DNA of 64,000 bases, from NCBI GenBank assembly GCA_017447445.1, contig JAFSNK010000024.1, positions 30,877 through 94,876 on the forward strand. The letters are read 5' to 3'. Numbering within the stretch: position 1 is the stretch's first letter; each line of letters starts with the position of its first letter. Below the pieces are notes generated by a model. The model was not told the DNA's origin and ran no database searches. It saw nothing but the letters and a program-made list of their open reading frames with translations. The position numbers and the translations under genes were made by a program. Of this stretch, positions 36,083 to 45,341 are shown one piece after another. The DNA comes from Clostridia bacterium. GTDB lineage: Bacteria > Bacillota > Clostridia > Oscillospirales > CAG-382.

Positions 36083-36271
36083 AAAGGTGGGCGCAATATT
36101 CATAAATGCGTATTTCTGAAAAGTGGGGGCAGTTATCATAAATTGAGTTTTGTACTTTTTCCGGGTGACGCTCGTGGCGGCGGTGACGGCAATTTGGGTA
36201 TATATCTCTTTACCCGTCACACCTGTCACTGCCGTCACCTTTTTGAAAATGTGGGTGCAGTATATTAAAAT
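36083..36271. repeat. Three imperfect 25-nt direct repeats (iteron-like)
   Basis: AAAGGTGGGCGCAATATTCATAAAT (36083-36107), AAAAGTGGGGGCAGTTATCATAAAT (36119-36143) and AAATGTGGGTGCAGTATATTAAAAT (36247-36271). Confidence 0.75.
36182..36239. repeat. Perfect 10-bp inverted repeat around an AT-rich core, with extra GTGAC half-sites
   Basis: GGTGACGGCA (36182-36191) and TGCCGTCACC (36230-36239). Additional GTGACG copies lie to the left and CGTCAC/TGTCAC copies to the right. Confidence 0.75.
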
Positions 36272-36492
36272 CCATTTGCCGTTTTTCCGAACGCAGTTCC
36301 TGCCCGAGTTTTTCTCCGGCGGCGCTTTGCTCGCTCCCGCGCATAGAGGTCTTGGCAAAGTCGTATCACCGTTCGACGGTCATTCAGTTGTGCGAGAAAG
36401 AAAGTTTTCTCTTTCTCCCTCACATAAAGAACAATGCGAAAAACGCAAAATGTTCCTGACTTTTGAAAAAATTACAAAAATCTTTTCGGGCA

Positions 36493-36521
36493 AAGAAAAA
36501 GCCCGGAGATTTTTCTCCGGG
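36493..36521 (-). terminator. Intrinsic terminator after the AraC-like gene
   Basis: Minus-sense CCCGGAGA-AAAA-UCUCCGGG followed by CUUUUUCUUUG. Confidence 0.75.
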
Positions 36522-36570
36522 TGATTCAGTAAAATGATTTATTGTTCTAATGTACGAAAAGTGTTATCGG

Positions 36571-37770
36571 TCACTGTTTTCCGTATCTCCTGCATTCGGA
36601 GACTTTTACAAGTCCTGCGGTTTCACAGGCTTTTACACCGAGCGGCGAATCGTCGTCTTTTGCTCCGGCGCTGCCGATACGGGCGTTGTCGCCTAAGCAC
36701 ATTCCGATCGCATACCGCCATATTTCGTTTGCCTTCCGTTCGGTATCAGTCTTATCGAGAATGAAGATCGCTCCGATATCGTATTTTCTAAAGTCGCGTA
36801 TCACGTCGAGAGTCGGCATTGCCAGTGCGGCAATCGCGCCGTCTTCGAACAGACCCACCGGGCGCAATCCGATATTTCCTTTACGTTCAAACGAGATCTG
36901 TATCGCACGCACGTGGCATTCCGAGCACCCGCCGCGCTCCATGAATTGCCTGATCGACGGCAAATCGTCCGCGTTGAGTTCGCGAATGAATTCAAGATCC
37001 GCAAATTCGGGCGCCTCGCCGCGATACAGCATATCGTATGAGATTTTGCACGTCAATCCCGCTTTTGCCGCAGCAGCGTCAAACGATTCCCAGATCGTAC
37101 CGCAATCGACATGGATCGTAAATTTGAAATTATCGTTTTTGGAAAGCAGTTCGAGATACCGCACCGCCGACGCTTCATCCACACATACAAGATCGATTAT
37201 CGGTTCGGCGTCGTTGTAATCTGAAACGTAGATAAAGCTGTTCGGATCACGGGAATCGTCGAGCGTGAAGACCGCTGTTTCGGCAACCGTCAGGCCGACG
37301 AGGTCCTCGCCGTATTTGACGGGATCGTGCGTGAACAGGAAGTCCAGCGCGATCTCGCGGTCGACGGGCTTTAGTTCCGGAAACTCTTTGCCAAACCTGC
37401 TGAGCGATATCTTTGATGAAAGATCGTGCCATGTCACCGCTTTGTCGGAATATTTGTCGCGGTAATCGCTTGGGGAAAGTCCGTAAAAGCTTTTGAACGC
37501 CCTTGAAAAACTTTCCGGGCTTTGGTAGCCGAACTCAAGCGCAATGTTTAGCACGGTCTTTTCGGTGCGCCTTAATTCCAGCGCGCAACGCGTCAGTTTG
37601 TAAACGCGTGAATATTCGACGGGGCTGTATCCGGTATGCTTTTGAAACAGCGCGTCAAAATAAGTCAGCGAAAACCCAGCGTTGGATGCGATGCTATCCA
37701 GCGACAAATTGTCCTTCGGGTTGCCTTGAATGTACTTTATGGCTTTTGTGATGAGTTCTTTGTTTTCCAT
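36571..37770 (-). CDS. AraC-family transcriptional regulator with large C-terminal (possibly GNAT-like) domain
   Basis: N-terminal dual HTH LSLDSIASNAGFSLTYFDALFQKHTGYSPVEY..ALEFGYQSPESFSRAFKSFYGLSPSDYR. The C-terminal 280 aa are unassigned. Confidence 0.7.
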   Translation of the reverse strand: MENKELITKAIKYIQGNPKDNLSLDSIASNAGFSLTYFDALFQKHTGYSPVEYSRVYKLTRCALELRRTEKTVLNIALEFGYQSPESFSRAFKSFYGLSPSDYRDKYSDKAVTWHDLSSKISLSRFGKEFPELKPVDREIALDFLFTHDPVKYGEDLVGLTVAETAVFTLDDSRDPNSFIYVSDYNDAEPIIDLVCVDEASAVRYLELLSKNDNFKFTIHVDCGTIWESFDAAAAKAGLTCKISYDMLYRGEAPEFADLEFIRELNADDLPSIRQFMERGGCSECHVRAIQISFERKGNIGLRPVGLFEDGAIAALAMPTLDVIRDFRKYDIGAIFILDKTDTERKANEIWRYAIGMCLGDNARIGSAGAKDDDSPLGVKACETAGLVKVSECRRYGKQ

Positions 37771-37895
37771 AACAGTATCATCTCCTTTCTGCCGCTATTA
37801 TAACATATTGTTTTCATTCTGTCCTTGCAGGGATTATGGAATTATTATAGCATAACGGCGCCGGTTTTTAAGCCGACGCCGCATTCTAACTTGTA

Positions 37896-38879
37896 TTATT
37901 TTTTCTGCTTTTCTTTCTGCATTGCCTCTACGTTTCCGCAAAATTCATCGTATTTTTCGCGCATTGCTTTCAGTCTTTTCGTTACCGAGCTGTGCGATTT
38001 GTAACCAAGCCGCTGTGCGATCTCCGCCTGCGTGTAACCCTGCTCGCGCATATAGTAGATCTCGCGGTCGATACTGTTCAGCGTATTGGCAAAGGCGTCG
38101 CGGATCTCTTCATACTCCTTTTGCGTATGCGCGTCCGCGCTTTCAAAGAAACTTTTTGCTCCCTCCAGCCCGGTCATTTCTTCTTCCGACAACTCGCTGA
38201 AAAGGAGAGGAGCGCCGAGCTTTGTTTTACAGTGCGTCCACTTATTATGGAAATTGATCAGATCGTAATTGCCTGGAAGCGATTTGTTGAAATCTTCGTG
38301 TGTCCGGATTTGTGCGGAAATATCGTAAACCTCCGGGACTTGCTGACCGAGCATGAGAACTTTTATGAATTCTTCGTTTAGGACTTCTACGATTTTTCCT
38401 AACACAAACTCAAATTCTTCCTGTGTTATTTCATCGCGTTTTCTGCCGAAATTTTTGCAGTATGCGTCAATTCCGGCGTCGATTTGACCTTCATACATGT
38501 CATAAAACTGCATGAAAATCTTGTCGAACTGTTCGGGGTCGAAGCATATTTCTACGATCTGTTCGATAAAATGATCCGCGTCGGCATTCTGCAAAAGTTT
38601 GACCGGATAGTCCCGCGTGAAGTTTTTCATCATTCGGTTGATGCCAAGCTCTTGCAGATTTTTCAGCCAGTATTGAGCGAATATGTACTTCGATTTTTTG
38701 TAAAGCTCCGCTTTATTTCCCGAATAATCCGGCTTATGATCGACCGACATCATCGCGGTGAAATCGTTGCTTTTGAAGAAATCCTGTATTTCTTTTATCT
38801 GCTCCGGCGTATAGCCGGAAGGCGGTCTTTGTTTTTTCTTTGCCATTTTGCTCTCTACATGGTTGTTTTGTGTACTCAT
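37896..38879 (-). CDS. Hypothetical protein with C-terminal sigma-70 region-4-like HTH
   Basis: C-terminal ..REIYYMREQGYTQAEIAQRLGYKSHSSVTKRLKAMREKY... Start uncertain (ATG at 38879 or 38846). Confidence 0.55.
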   Translation of the reverse strand: MSTQNNHVESKMAKKKQRPPSGYTPEQIKEIQDFFKSNDFTAMMSVDHKPDYSGNKAELYKKSKYIFAQYWLKNLQELGINRMMKNFTRDYPVKLLQNADADHFIEQIVEICFDPEQFDKIFMQFYDMYEGQIDAGIDAYCKNFGRKRDEITQEEFEFVLGKIVEVLNEEFIKVLMLGQQVPEVYDISAQIRTHEDFNKSLPGNYDLINFHNKWTHCKTKLGAPLLFSELSEEEMTGLEGAKSFFESADAHTQKEYEEIRDAFANTLNSIDREIYYMREQGYTQAEIAQRLGYKSHSSVTKRLKAMREKYDEFCGNVEAMQKEKQKK

Positions 38880-39006
38880 ATACGATTATTGTAGCATACG
38901 AAGAAAACAATTTCAAGAGGAAAAGATATATGTTTTCCCAATTGTCGCCATATACCGACAATTAAGTTGTTATTGACGATAATGACGTCTTTATTCGGTT
39001 TAGCTC

Positions 39007-39035
39007 TTGAAAAAGCGGAAGTTACGTGCTATAAT
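39007..39035 (+). promoter_or_regulatory. Candidate promoter of the RHS toxin gene
   Basis: TTGAAA (39007-39012), a 17-nt spacer and TATAAT (39030-39035). The GAAAGGA RBS and ATG at 39076 follow. Confidence 0.6.
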
Positions 39036-39075
39036 CAGGTTTGTCAAAAATCACCGCAATGAAAGGAATTTATAT

Positions 39076-42000
39076 ATGAAATACTCGCATTTTAATATGA
39101 CTTTTAGAACGATTTCCATTCTCCTCTGTTTTGTCATGCTTTTCGTGTTCATGCCGCAGTCTATACTGGCAGAAGCTGGCGAACTGCTCGGCGGCGACGA
39201 TCCGGAAGCTGCGATTGAAGAGCAGAAGTCCGAGCCGGCGTACGTGCTCGGTGAGATGATCGATGACAGATCTTCAAATACAAAGACTTTCAGAATGTCC
39301 GACGGTAGTTTTGTGCTTGCCGATTACGACAAACCTGTCCATTTTGAAGATGCTGACGGCAAATGGACCGATTACGATAATACCCTTAAATACATAGAAG
39401 ACGACGGATTCGTCGGCTATGAGAACACTGCATCCGACGTCTTGATGAGATTTTCCGAATCGATCAGTGACAAATGGCTTGTCAGCTTGCAGTCCGGCAA
39501 ATATGCGATCGGTATGCAGCTGAAAGACGCCGTTTCGGGCGGTAAGACCGAAATCACCAATACTGCCGAAGCTCCCGAAGGAAACGATATAGATTCCGCC
39601 ACGACGCTTACCAAATATTCTTCCGGCGTCAAGTATGAGGATATACTTGCGGATACGGATATTCAGTACGTTCTCAACGGCGGAAACCTTAAAGAGAACA
39701 TAATCGTCAAAGAAAGAACGGGCGAATACGTATATACCTTTAACCTCGCGCTTGAAGGTCTTGCCGCCGCGCTTGCCGAAGACGGAAGCGTGCTGCTCAA
39801 CGACGACGAGACGGGCGAGGCTGTTTTCGTCATTCCCGCGGGATATATGTACGACGCCAACTATGAATGCTCGGATAACGTGTATTATTCCATAGAAGAA
39901 AAAGACGGCGTTCTGACGCTGACCGTCATCGCAGACGCCGAATGGATGGAAGACGAAGAAAGAGCGTTCCCGGTTACGATAGATCCGACGTTTGAAGCGG
40001 CGTCCACAGGGCTGGACACTCTTGATACGTACGTTTCTCAAGCAAACCCTTCAACAAACTATTATCTTTCGCAGACTATGCCGGCTGGGTATCAGAACGG
40101 TTCCGCCAACGAAGTGCTTATTAAAGCCAAGCATTTGAACGAAATCCCAAAATCTGCCGTCGTGATAAATTCTTACATCAATTTCCGTGTTTCTTCTGTT
40201 GCGGCGGGAAGCAGGACAGACGGTATCAACGCCATAATCAAGGCGTATCCCGTTACATCTTCCTGGACTTCGGATGCCGCAACGTGGAACAACAAACCGT
40301 CTTATTCGGGAGAAGCGTTGGACTATGTCGCTTTCTACAGCAACTCTTCTTACGGTGACGTTCAATATGATATAACGCGCATTGCCCGGGAATGGTACTC
40401 CGGCACCGCAAATAACGGTATAGTGCTGAAAGCCGGCGATAATACCGACGGTTACGTGGTATTCTACAGTTCGGATAACAACGTGAATGCGGATTACAAA
40501 CCGAAACTCGTAATTGAATACCGCGACACTAAGGGCTTGGACGACCGCTGGACCTTTGCTGCGCAGTCCGCAGGAAGCGCAGGCGGCGGATACGTCAACG
40601 GCTTCAACGGCAATCTCGTGTTCGTTCACAACGATATGAACACCAAGGGCGGGATACTGCCCGTCGCGGTAAGCCACGTATTTAACGCCGCAAAAGCGAA
40701 CGAAGAGTTTTCTTCCGCTATGCCTGTCGGCAAGGGATGGAAACTTTCCGTTCAGGAAACAATTAGTTCCACAACAATCGGAAATACCACGTGGTATATT
40801 TTCAACGATTCCGACGGGACCGATTTGTACTTCTACTATGACTCCATCGCGGGCAATTATATCAGCGAAGACGGGCTCGGATTGACTCTTACCTTCGGCA
40901 GCGGCGATAACAGATATACCCTGACCGATGATTACGGCAACAAAAAGAACTTCAATGCGTCGGGCAACATTTCCTCTATAGTCGACGTCAACGGAAACAA
41001 AAAACTGTTTAAGTATATTAGCGGTACGAGTAAACTCGAAAAAATACAATTTCAGGGCGCCGGTTCAAATACTGCGGCAGATCAATTAACCTTCGCTTAT
41101 TACACCAACGGCGCCATAAAGACCATAACCGACGCCGTTGATACTGACGATTACGTAACATTTAAATACTCAAGCACGTATAACGGTGCGTATAATGATT
41201 CGGCAAGCTCCGGATATCTTCGCAGTATAACTTACAGCAAAGGCGGCGGATGCTATTACGCATATACTTCTGCGGGTAATATATCCGGCGCATACGATAA
41301 CGATACCGATTGCGCGGTATATTACTCATATACCGCACATTCATATACAGGCGTGAACAACGCGACTGTAACAACGTATAAAGTATCGCAGGTAAGCGAA
41401 TCCGGCTTTGACAACGATATAATCGATTGGCCGACCGGGCAGACGGTTCGCTTCACCTATGCGGATAAAAAGTTTACGGCTCGAACCAGCGGCACCGACG
41501 ATACTATCGGAAACATTGACGATATACTCACAACGTATATCTTCGACAACGAGGGCAGAGAAATTTGCTCCTACAGCAGCGACGTTAACGATCAGTATGT
41601 ATACGGCACTTCGTATAATAAATACACAACCACAGAGCAAGGTTCAAAAAAGAACAGCAAAATAACCGTCGACAGCGTAAAAGGCGCGAACAGCTTCAAT
41701 TACGTCGTAAACGGCAATCTGGAATCGTTAAGCGGATGGACGAGCGGCGTTTCCGGAAACGGGTATTCTTCCGCGCTCTCGAGTGCGGACAGATTCCTCG
41801 GGACGTATTCGATGAAGTTCGCTTCCACCTCCGGCGGGACCGGTTACGCAAGACGTTACGCCACTGTCGAACTGCCTTCTAACGGAACTTATACACTGTC
41901 CGCGTACGTAAAAATCGATGAAAACTTCACCGCCTCGTCCGGCGGCGGAGCGTATATTGTTTTCGACGGCACCGAAAGCGAAAAGTTCACGGCGAAAACT

Positions 42001-45000
42001 AATACGAATATCCAAAACGGCTGGCGCAGGATAAGCGTTACAAAGACCTTTTCTACCGGAGGAAATAAAACGATTCAGCTGCGTCTGGCAAACGCCGCCG
42101 GAACGGTTTACTTCGACTGCGTTCAGGTGGAAAAGGGCGAAGCGCCTTCCGGATTCAACGCCGTACAGAACGGCCATATGGACCTGCAGAACTCCTGGAG
42201 CGGCGGAAGCACGTACGAGTTTGACAATTGGCGGCTCGAATACACAAAAAAAGTAGTCGGCAACCCGAACGCACATAACTACGCAAGCCAGACGGTAAAG
42301 CTTTCCGTGCCATCGGACACCACGCTGATGCTTTCCGGCTGGGGCAAAGCAGTTTCCGCGCCGACCGGTGAAGACGTCAATAATAAAACCCGCACGTTCC
42401 GTATAGTAGCGAACGTACACTATACCGACGGTTCGTGGGACGACCAACCCGCCGACTTCAACGCGGATTACACCGACTGGCAATACTCCGCTGCGGCGAT
42501 CATTCCTGGTCTGGACGATAATAATAACCCGAAAGCCATCTCGTATATAATCATCTATTTGAGTTACGACTTTAATATCAACGAAGCGTTTTTCAGCGAC
42601 GTGTGCCTTACCGTCGAGCCCGCGCAGACCTATAAATACGACGAAAACGGCCACGTTGAAAGCGCAAAGGACGCGCTCGGCAACACCACCGGCGCAACGT
42701 ACAATAACGTGGATCTTACCGATCTGACCACGCCGGTCGGTCTGAACTATGAATATACATACGATTCCAAACATCGGTTGACTTCGGCAACGAAGAACTC
42801 AAACGGCAGCAGCCAGACGGTGACTTACGGCTACGATTCATACGGCAACACTACCTCCGCCGTCCTTTCGTCGCCGGATATAAGCAAGACGATTTCTTCA
42901 TCCGCTTCCTATTCCTCCGACGGAAACTTTCTCGCTTCCGTAACGGATCAGCTCGGCGGAGTTACGGCCTATTCGCGTGATAACACGACCAAGCTGCTGA
43001 GCTATATCCAGAACGCGAACGGCAACCGCACGGCGTACGTCTACGATAACCGTTACCGCACGTCGAAGATATACAACGACAAAGACGGCGACGGCACGCC
43101 CGACAGCAACGAAGAATTCGTGCAGTACCTGTATTCTTCGATGAACAGACTGCAAAGCGTCAACACGGACACTTCGACCTATACGCTCGAATACGACGCT
43201 TTCGGCAACGTGTCCAAGATAAAGGCGGGCACTAATACTATTGCGACCTACACCTACGGTCCGTATAACGGCAAGCTCAAAAAGCTTACCTACGGAAACG
43301 GGTATTACGAGGAATACACCTACGACTATCTTGACAGGATAAAGCAAGTAAAGTATAATGGAGACAGCACAAAGACGTATACTTTAACATATTCCAACGA
43401 CGGCAATATCTACAGCGCTGCCGATACCGTCGCGGGGATAAAGTATATATACGAGTACGATTCACTCGGGCGCCTGATCCGCGGGGAACAGAAAAAGACG
43501 AGCGACAACAGTACGTCAATGTCTCTTGAGAACCGGTTCGACGAATACGGAAGATCTTCGGGCGGGAGTTACGTTCTCGGAAACAAGACGCTTAATTACG
43601 ACATAGAATACGAAGACGGTTCGGACCTTGTTTCTTATTACACCTTCCCGGACAACACCGTAAACAGTTATGTTTACGACGCATTTGATCGGCTGACTTA
43701 TAAGAAGTACCACAACCTTGCGTATTATTCAGCTTATCAGTATTATTCTCCTTCCTCTGCTGCCACAAGCTCGCTGGTAAGCCTGCAGTACAACAGCTAT
43801 TCCGGCGGCACGTCGAAATACGATTACACGTACGATATCCTCGGGAATATAACGGAGATATACGAAAACAACGTATTAAAGCTATCGTACGAGTATGATT
43901 CGTTAGGTCAGCTTGTGCGCGAGAATAACGCCTACGCTAACAAGACCTGGGTCTATACTTACGATCTTTCTGGCAACATTACGGCGAGGAAAGAATACGC
44001 CTACACCACCGGAACGCTGCCGGCGTCGTATACGCAGAAGATATATTCCTACTCCGCCGGAACGTGGGGCGACCTGCTTACGGCTTACGACGGAACGACG
44101 ATAACCTACGACGCTATCGGTAATCCGATGAACTGGAGAAACGCGACTTCGCTTACGTGGGACGGCAGGAAGCTGACAAACCAGAGCATTTCGTCCACAA
44201 ACTCGCTATCCTACGGTTACAATTCCGATGGTATTCGTGTAAGTAAGAGTTACGGCAGCTCCAGCGAGATGTTAAGCCGGTCGTACCAGTATATCCTTGA
44301 CGGGACGAGAATCATTTACGAAAAACAGCAAACCGTGGCGCAATACGGCGGCTCGACAAACGAACTGTATTATTACTACGACGAATCGGGCGTGGCGGGA
44401 TTTGAGCTTGACGGTACAAAGTATTACTACCTGAAAAACATCCAAGGCGACGTAATAAATATACTCAATTCGTCAGGGCAAGTCGTTGTTACTTATACTT
44501 ACGACGCGTGGGGGAAAGTGCTTTCGATCACCGGCACCCTCGCAAGCTCGGTGGGGCAGATAAACCCGTTCAGATATCGCAGCTACTATTACGACCGCGA
44601 GACAGGATTCTATTACCTGCAGACAAGGTATTATGATCCGGAAGTGGGTAGGTTCTTGAATGCGGACGGCATTATCGGCGCAAACGGCGGCATACAGGGT
44701 TACAATATGTTTGCGTATTGTAATAATATGCCCGTTATGGCGAGTGATCCCAGTGGTGAATGGTGGCTTAGCGATGCTTGGGATTGGGTATGTGACAAGG
44801 TTGATAAAGTCGTGGATACGGTCGCTGTTGTGGTAGATACCGTAGTAACATTCGTCGATAACGTAATCGAGGATATATCCAAATTTGATTTTGACAATAC
44901 CGACGGCGATAAAGTATTCGAAGCACATTACTTTTCGTTTTATAAAGGGCAATTGGTAATTCGTCACGAATTGCCGTTTGTAACTTCTTGGGCAATATGC

Positions 45001-45336
45001 GGAACAATATTTTTGAATCATGATTTAGACGATAATGAGAATAGAATGGATGATTTGAACCACGAATGGGGGCATACGCAGCAAGAAAAAGAGCTCGGCT
45101 TAATGTATATTCCTATGGTTGCAATTCCATCTGTAGGTTATAATATTGCTTCTCGCTTTGATGATGATCTCAAAGAGAATTATTACAATATGCCTTGGGA
45201 ACGAAAAGCAGATTTATTTGGCGGGGTAAATAGAAGTGGGCATAAACCCGGTTCGGAAAAAATGGCCAATATATATCATGGAATCGGCGTTGGATTAAGT
45301 CATTTATTTGGATTATCCGGTCCCGGCTTGTGGTGA
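39076..45336 (+). CDS. Secreted RHS/YD-repeat polymorphic toxin (WapA-like): signal peptide, DNRLRE-like domain, CBM-like jelly-roll, YD repeats, RHS core, HExxH C-terminal toxin domain
   Basis: Signal peptide MKYSHFNMTFRTISILLCFVMLFVFMPQSILAEA. DNRLRE-like ..LDTYVSQANPSTNYY..YPVTSSWTSDAATWNNKP... Many YxYDxxGN units. RHS core NPFRYRSYYYDRETGFYYLQTRYYDPEVGRFLNADG ending MASDPSGEW (D codon at 44746). The CT contains HEWGH (45061-45075). Confidence 0.9.
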   Translation: MKYSHFNMTFRTISILLCFVMLFVFMPQSILAEAGELLGGDDPEAAIEEQKSEPAYVLGEMIDDRSSNTKTFRMSDGSFVLADYDKPVHFEDADGKWTDYDNTLKYIEDDGFVGYENTASDVLMRFSESISDKWLVSLQSGKYAIGMQLKDAVSGGKTEITNTAEAPEGNDIDSATTLTKYSSGVKYEDILADTDIQYVLNGGNLKENIIVKERTGEYVYTFNLALEGLAAALAEDGSVLLNDDETGEAVFVIPAGYMYDANYECSDNVYYSIEEKDGVLTLTVIADAEWMEDEERAFPVTIDPTFEAASTGLDTLDTYVSQANPSTNYYLSQTMPAGYQNGSANEVLIKAKHLNEIPKSAVVINSYINFRVSSVAAGSRTDGINAIIKAYPVTSSWTSDAATWNNKPSYSGEALDYVAFYSNSSYGDVQYDITRIAREWYSGTANNGIVLKAGDNTDGYVVFYSSDNNVNADYKPKLVIEYRDTKGLDDRWTFAAQSAGSAGGGYVNGFNGNLVFVHNDMNTKGGILPVAVSHVFNAAKANEEFSSAMPVGKGWKLSVQETISSTTIGNTTWYIFNDSDGTDLYFYYDSIAGNYISEDGLGLTLTFGSGDNRYTLTDDYGNKKNFNASGNISSIVDVNGNKKLFKYISGTSKLEKIQFQGAGSNTAADQLTFAYYTNGAIKTITDAVDTDDYVTFKYSSTYNGAYNDSASSGYLRSITYSKGGGCYYAYTSAGNISGAYDNDTDCAVYYSYTAHSYTGVNNATVTTYKVSQVSESGFDNDIIDWPTGQTVRFTYADKKFTARTSGTDDTIGNIDDILTTYIFDNEGREICSYSSDVNDQYVYGTSYNKYTTTEQGSKKNSKITVDSVKGANSFNYVVNGNLESLSGWTSGVSGNGYSSALSSADRFLGTYSMKFASTSGGTGYARRYATVELPSNGTYTLSAYVKIDENFTASSGGGAYIVFDGTESEKFTAKTNTNIQNGWRRISVTKTFSTGGNKTIQLRLANAAGTVYFDCVQVEKGEAPSGFNAVQNGHMDLQNSWSGGSTYEFDNWRLEYTKKVVGNPNAHNYASQTVKLSVPSDTTLMLSGWGKAVSAPTGEDVNNKTRTFRIVANVHYTDGSWDDQPADFNADYTDWQYSAAAIIPGLDDNNNPKAISYIIIYLSYDFNINEAFFSDVCLTVEPAQTYKYDENGHVESAKDALGNTTGATYNNVDLTDLTTPVGLNYEYTYDSKHRLTSATKNSNGSSQTVTYGYDSYGNTTSAVLSSPDISKTISSSASYSSDGNFLASVTDQLGGVTAYSRDNTTKLLSYIQNANGNRTAYVYDNRYRTSKIYNDKDGDGTPDSNEEFVQYLYSSMNRLQSVNTDTSTYTLEYDAFGNVSKIKAGTNTIATYTYGPYNGKLKKLTYGNGYYEEYTYDYLDRIKQVKYNGDSTKTYTLTYSNDGNIYSAADTVAGIKYIYEYDSLGRLIRGEQKKTSDNSTSMSLENRFDEYGRSSGGSYVLGNKTLNYDIEYEDGSDLVSYYTFPDNTVNSYVYDAFDRLTYKKYHNLAYYSAYQYYSPSSAATSSLVSLQYNSYSGGTSKYDYTYDILGNITEIYENNVLKLSYEYDSLGQLVRENNAYANKTWVYTYDLSGNITARKEYAYTTGTLPASYTQKIYSYSAGTWGDLLTAYDGTTITYDAIGNPMNWRNATSLTWDGRKLTNQSISSTNSLSYGYNSDGIRVSKSYGSSSEMLSRSYQYILDGTRIIYEKQQTVAQYGGSTNELYYYYDESGVAGFELDGTKYYYLKNIQGDVINILNSSGQVVVTYTYDAWGKVLSITGTLASSVGQINPFRYRSYYYDRETGFYYLQTRYYDPEVGRFLNADGIIGANGGIQGYNMFAYCNNMPVMASDPSGEWWLSDAWDWVCDKVDKVVDTVAVVVDTVVTFVDNVIEDISKFDFDNTDGDKVFEAHYFSFYKGQLVIRHELPFVTSWAICGTIFLNHDLDDNENRMDDLNHEWGHTQQEKELGLMYIPMVAIPSVGYNIASRFDDDLKENYYNMPWERKADLFGGVNRSGHKPGSEKMANIYHGIGVGLSHLFGLSGPGLW

Positions 45337-45341
45337 ATAAT

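Noticed and set aside
36044-36524. Track ORFs 36044-36358 (minus) and 36150-36524 (plus)
   Set aside because: Their peptides simply translate the direct and inverted DNA repeats (for example MNIAPTF / MITAPTF, VTAVT repeats). They have no RBS. The region is interpreted as oriT/regulatory DNA.
40051-42774. Several 250-350-aa minus-strand ORFs inside the RHS gene (39274-40041, 40051-41049, 41728-42774)
   Set aside because: They are antisense to a continuous 2086-codon frame with abundant YD/RHS motifs. None has a recognisable motif.
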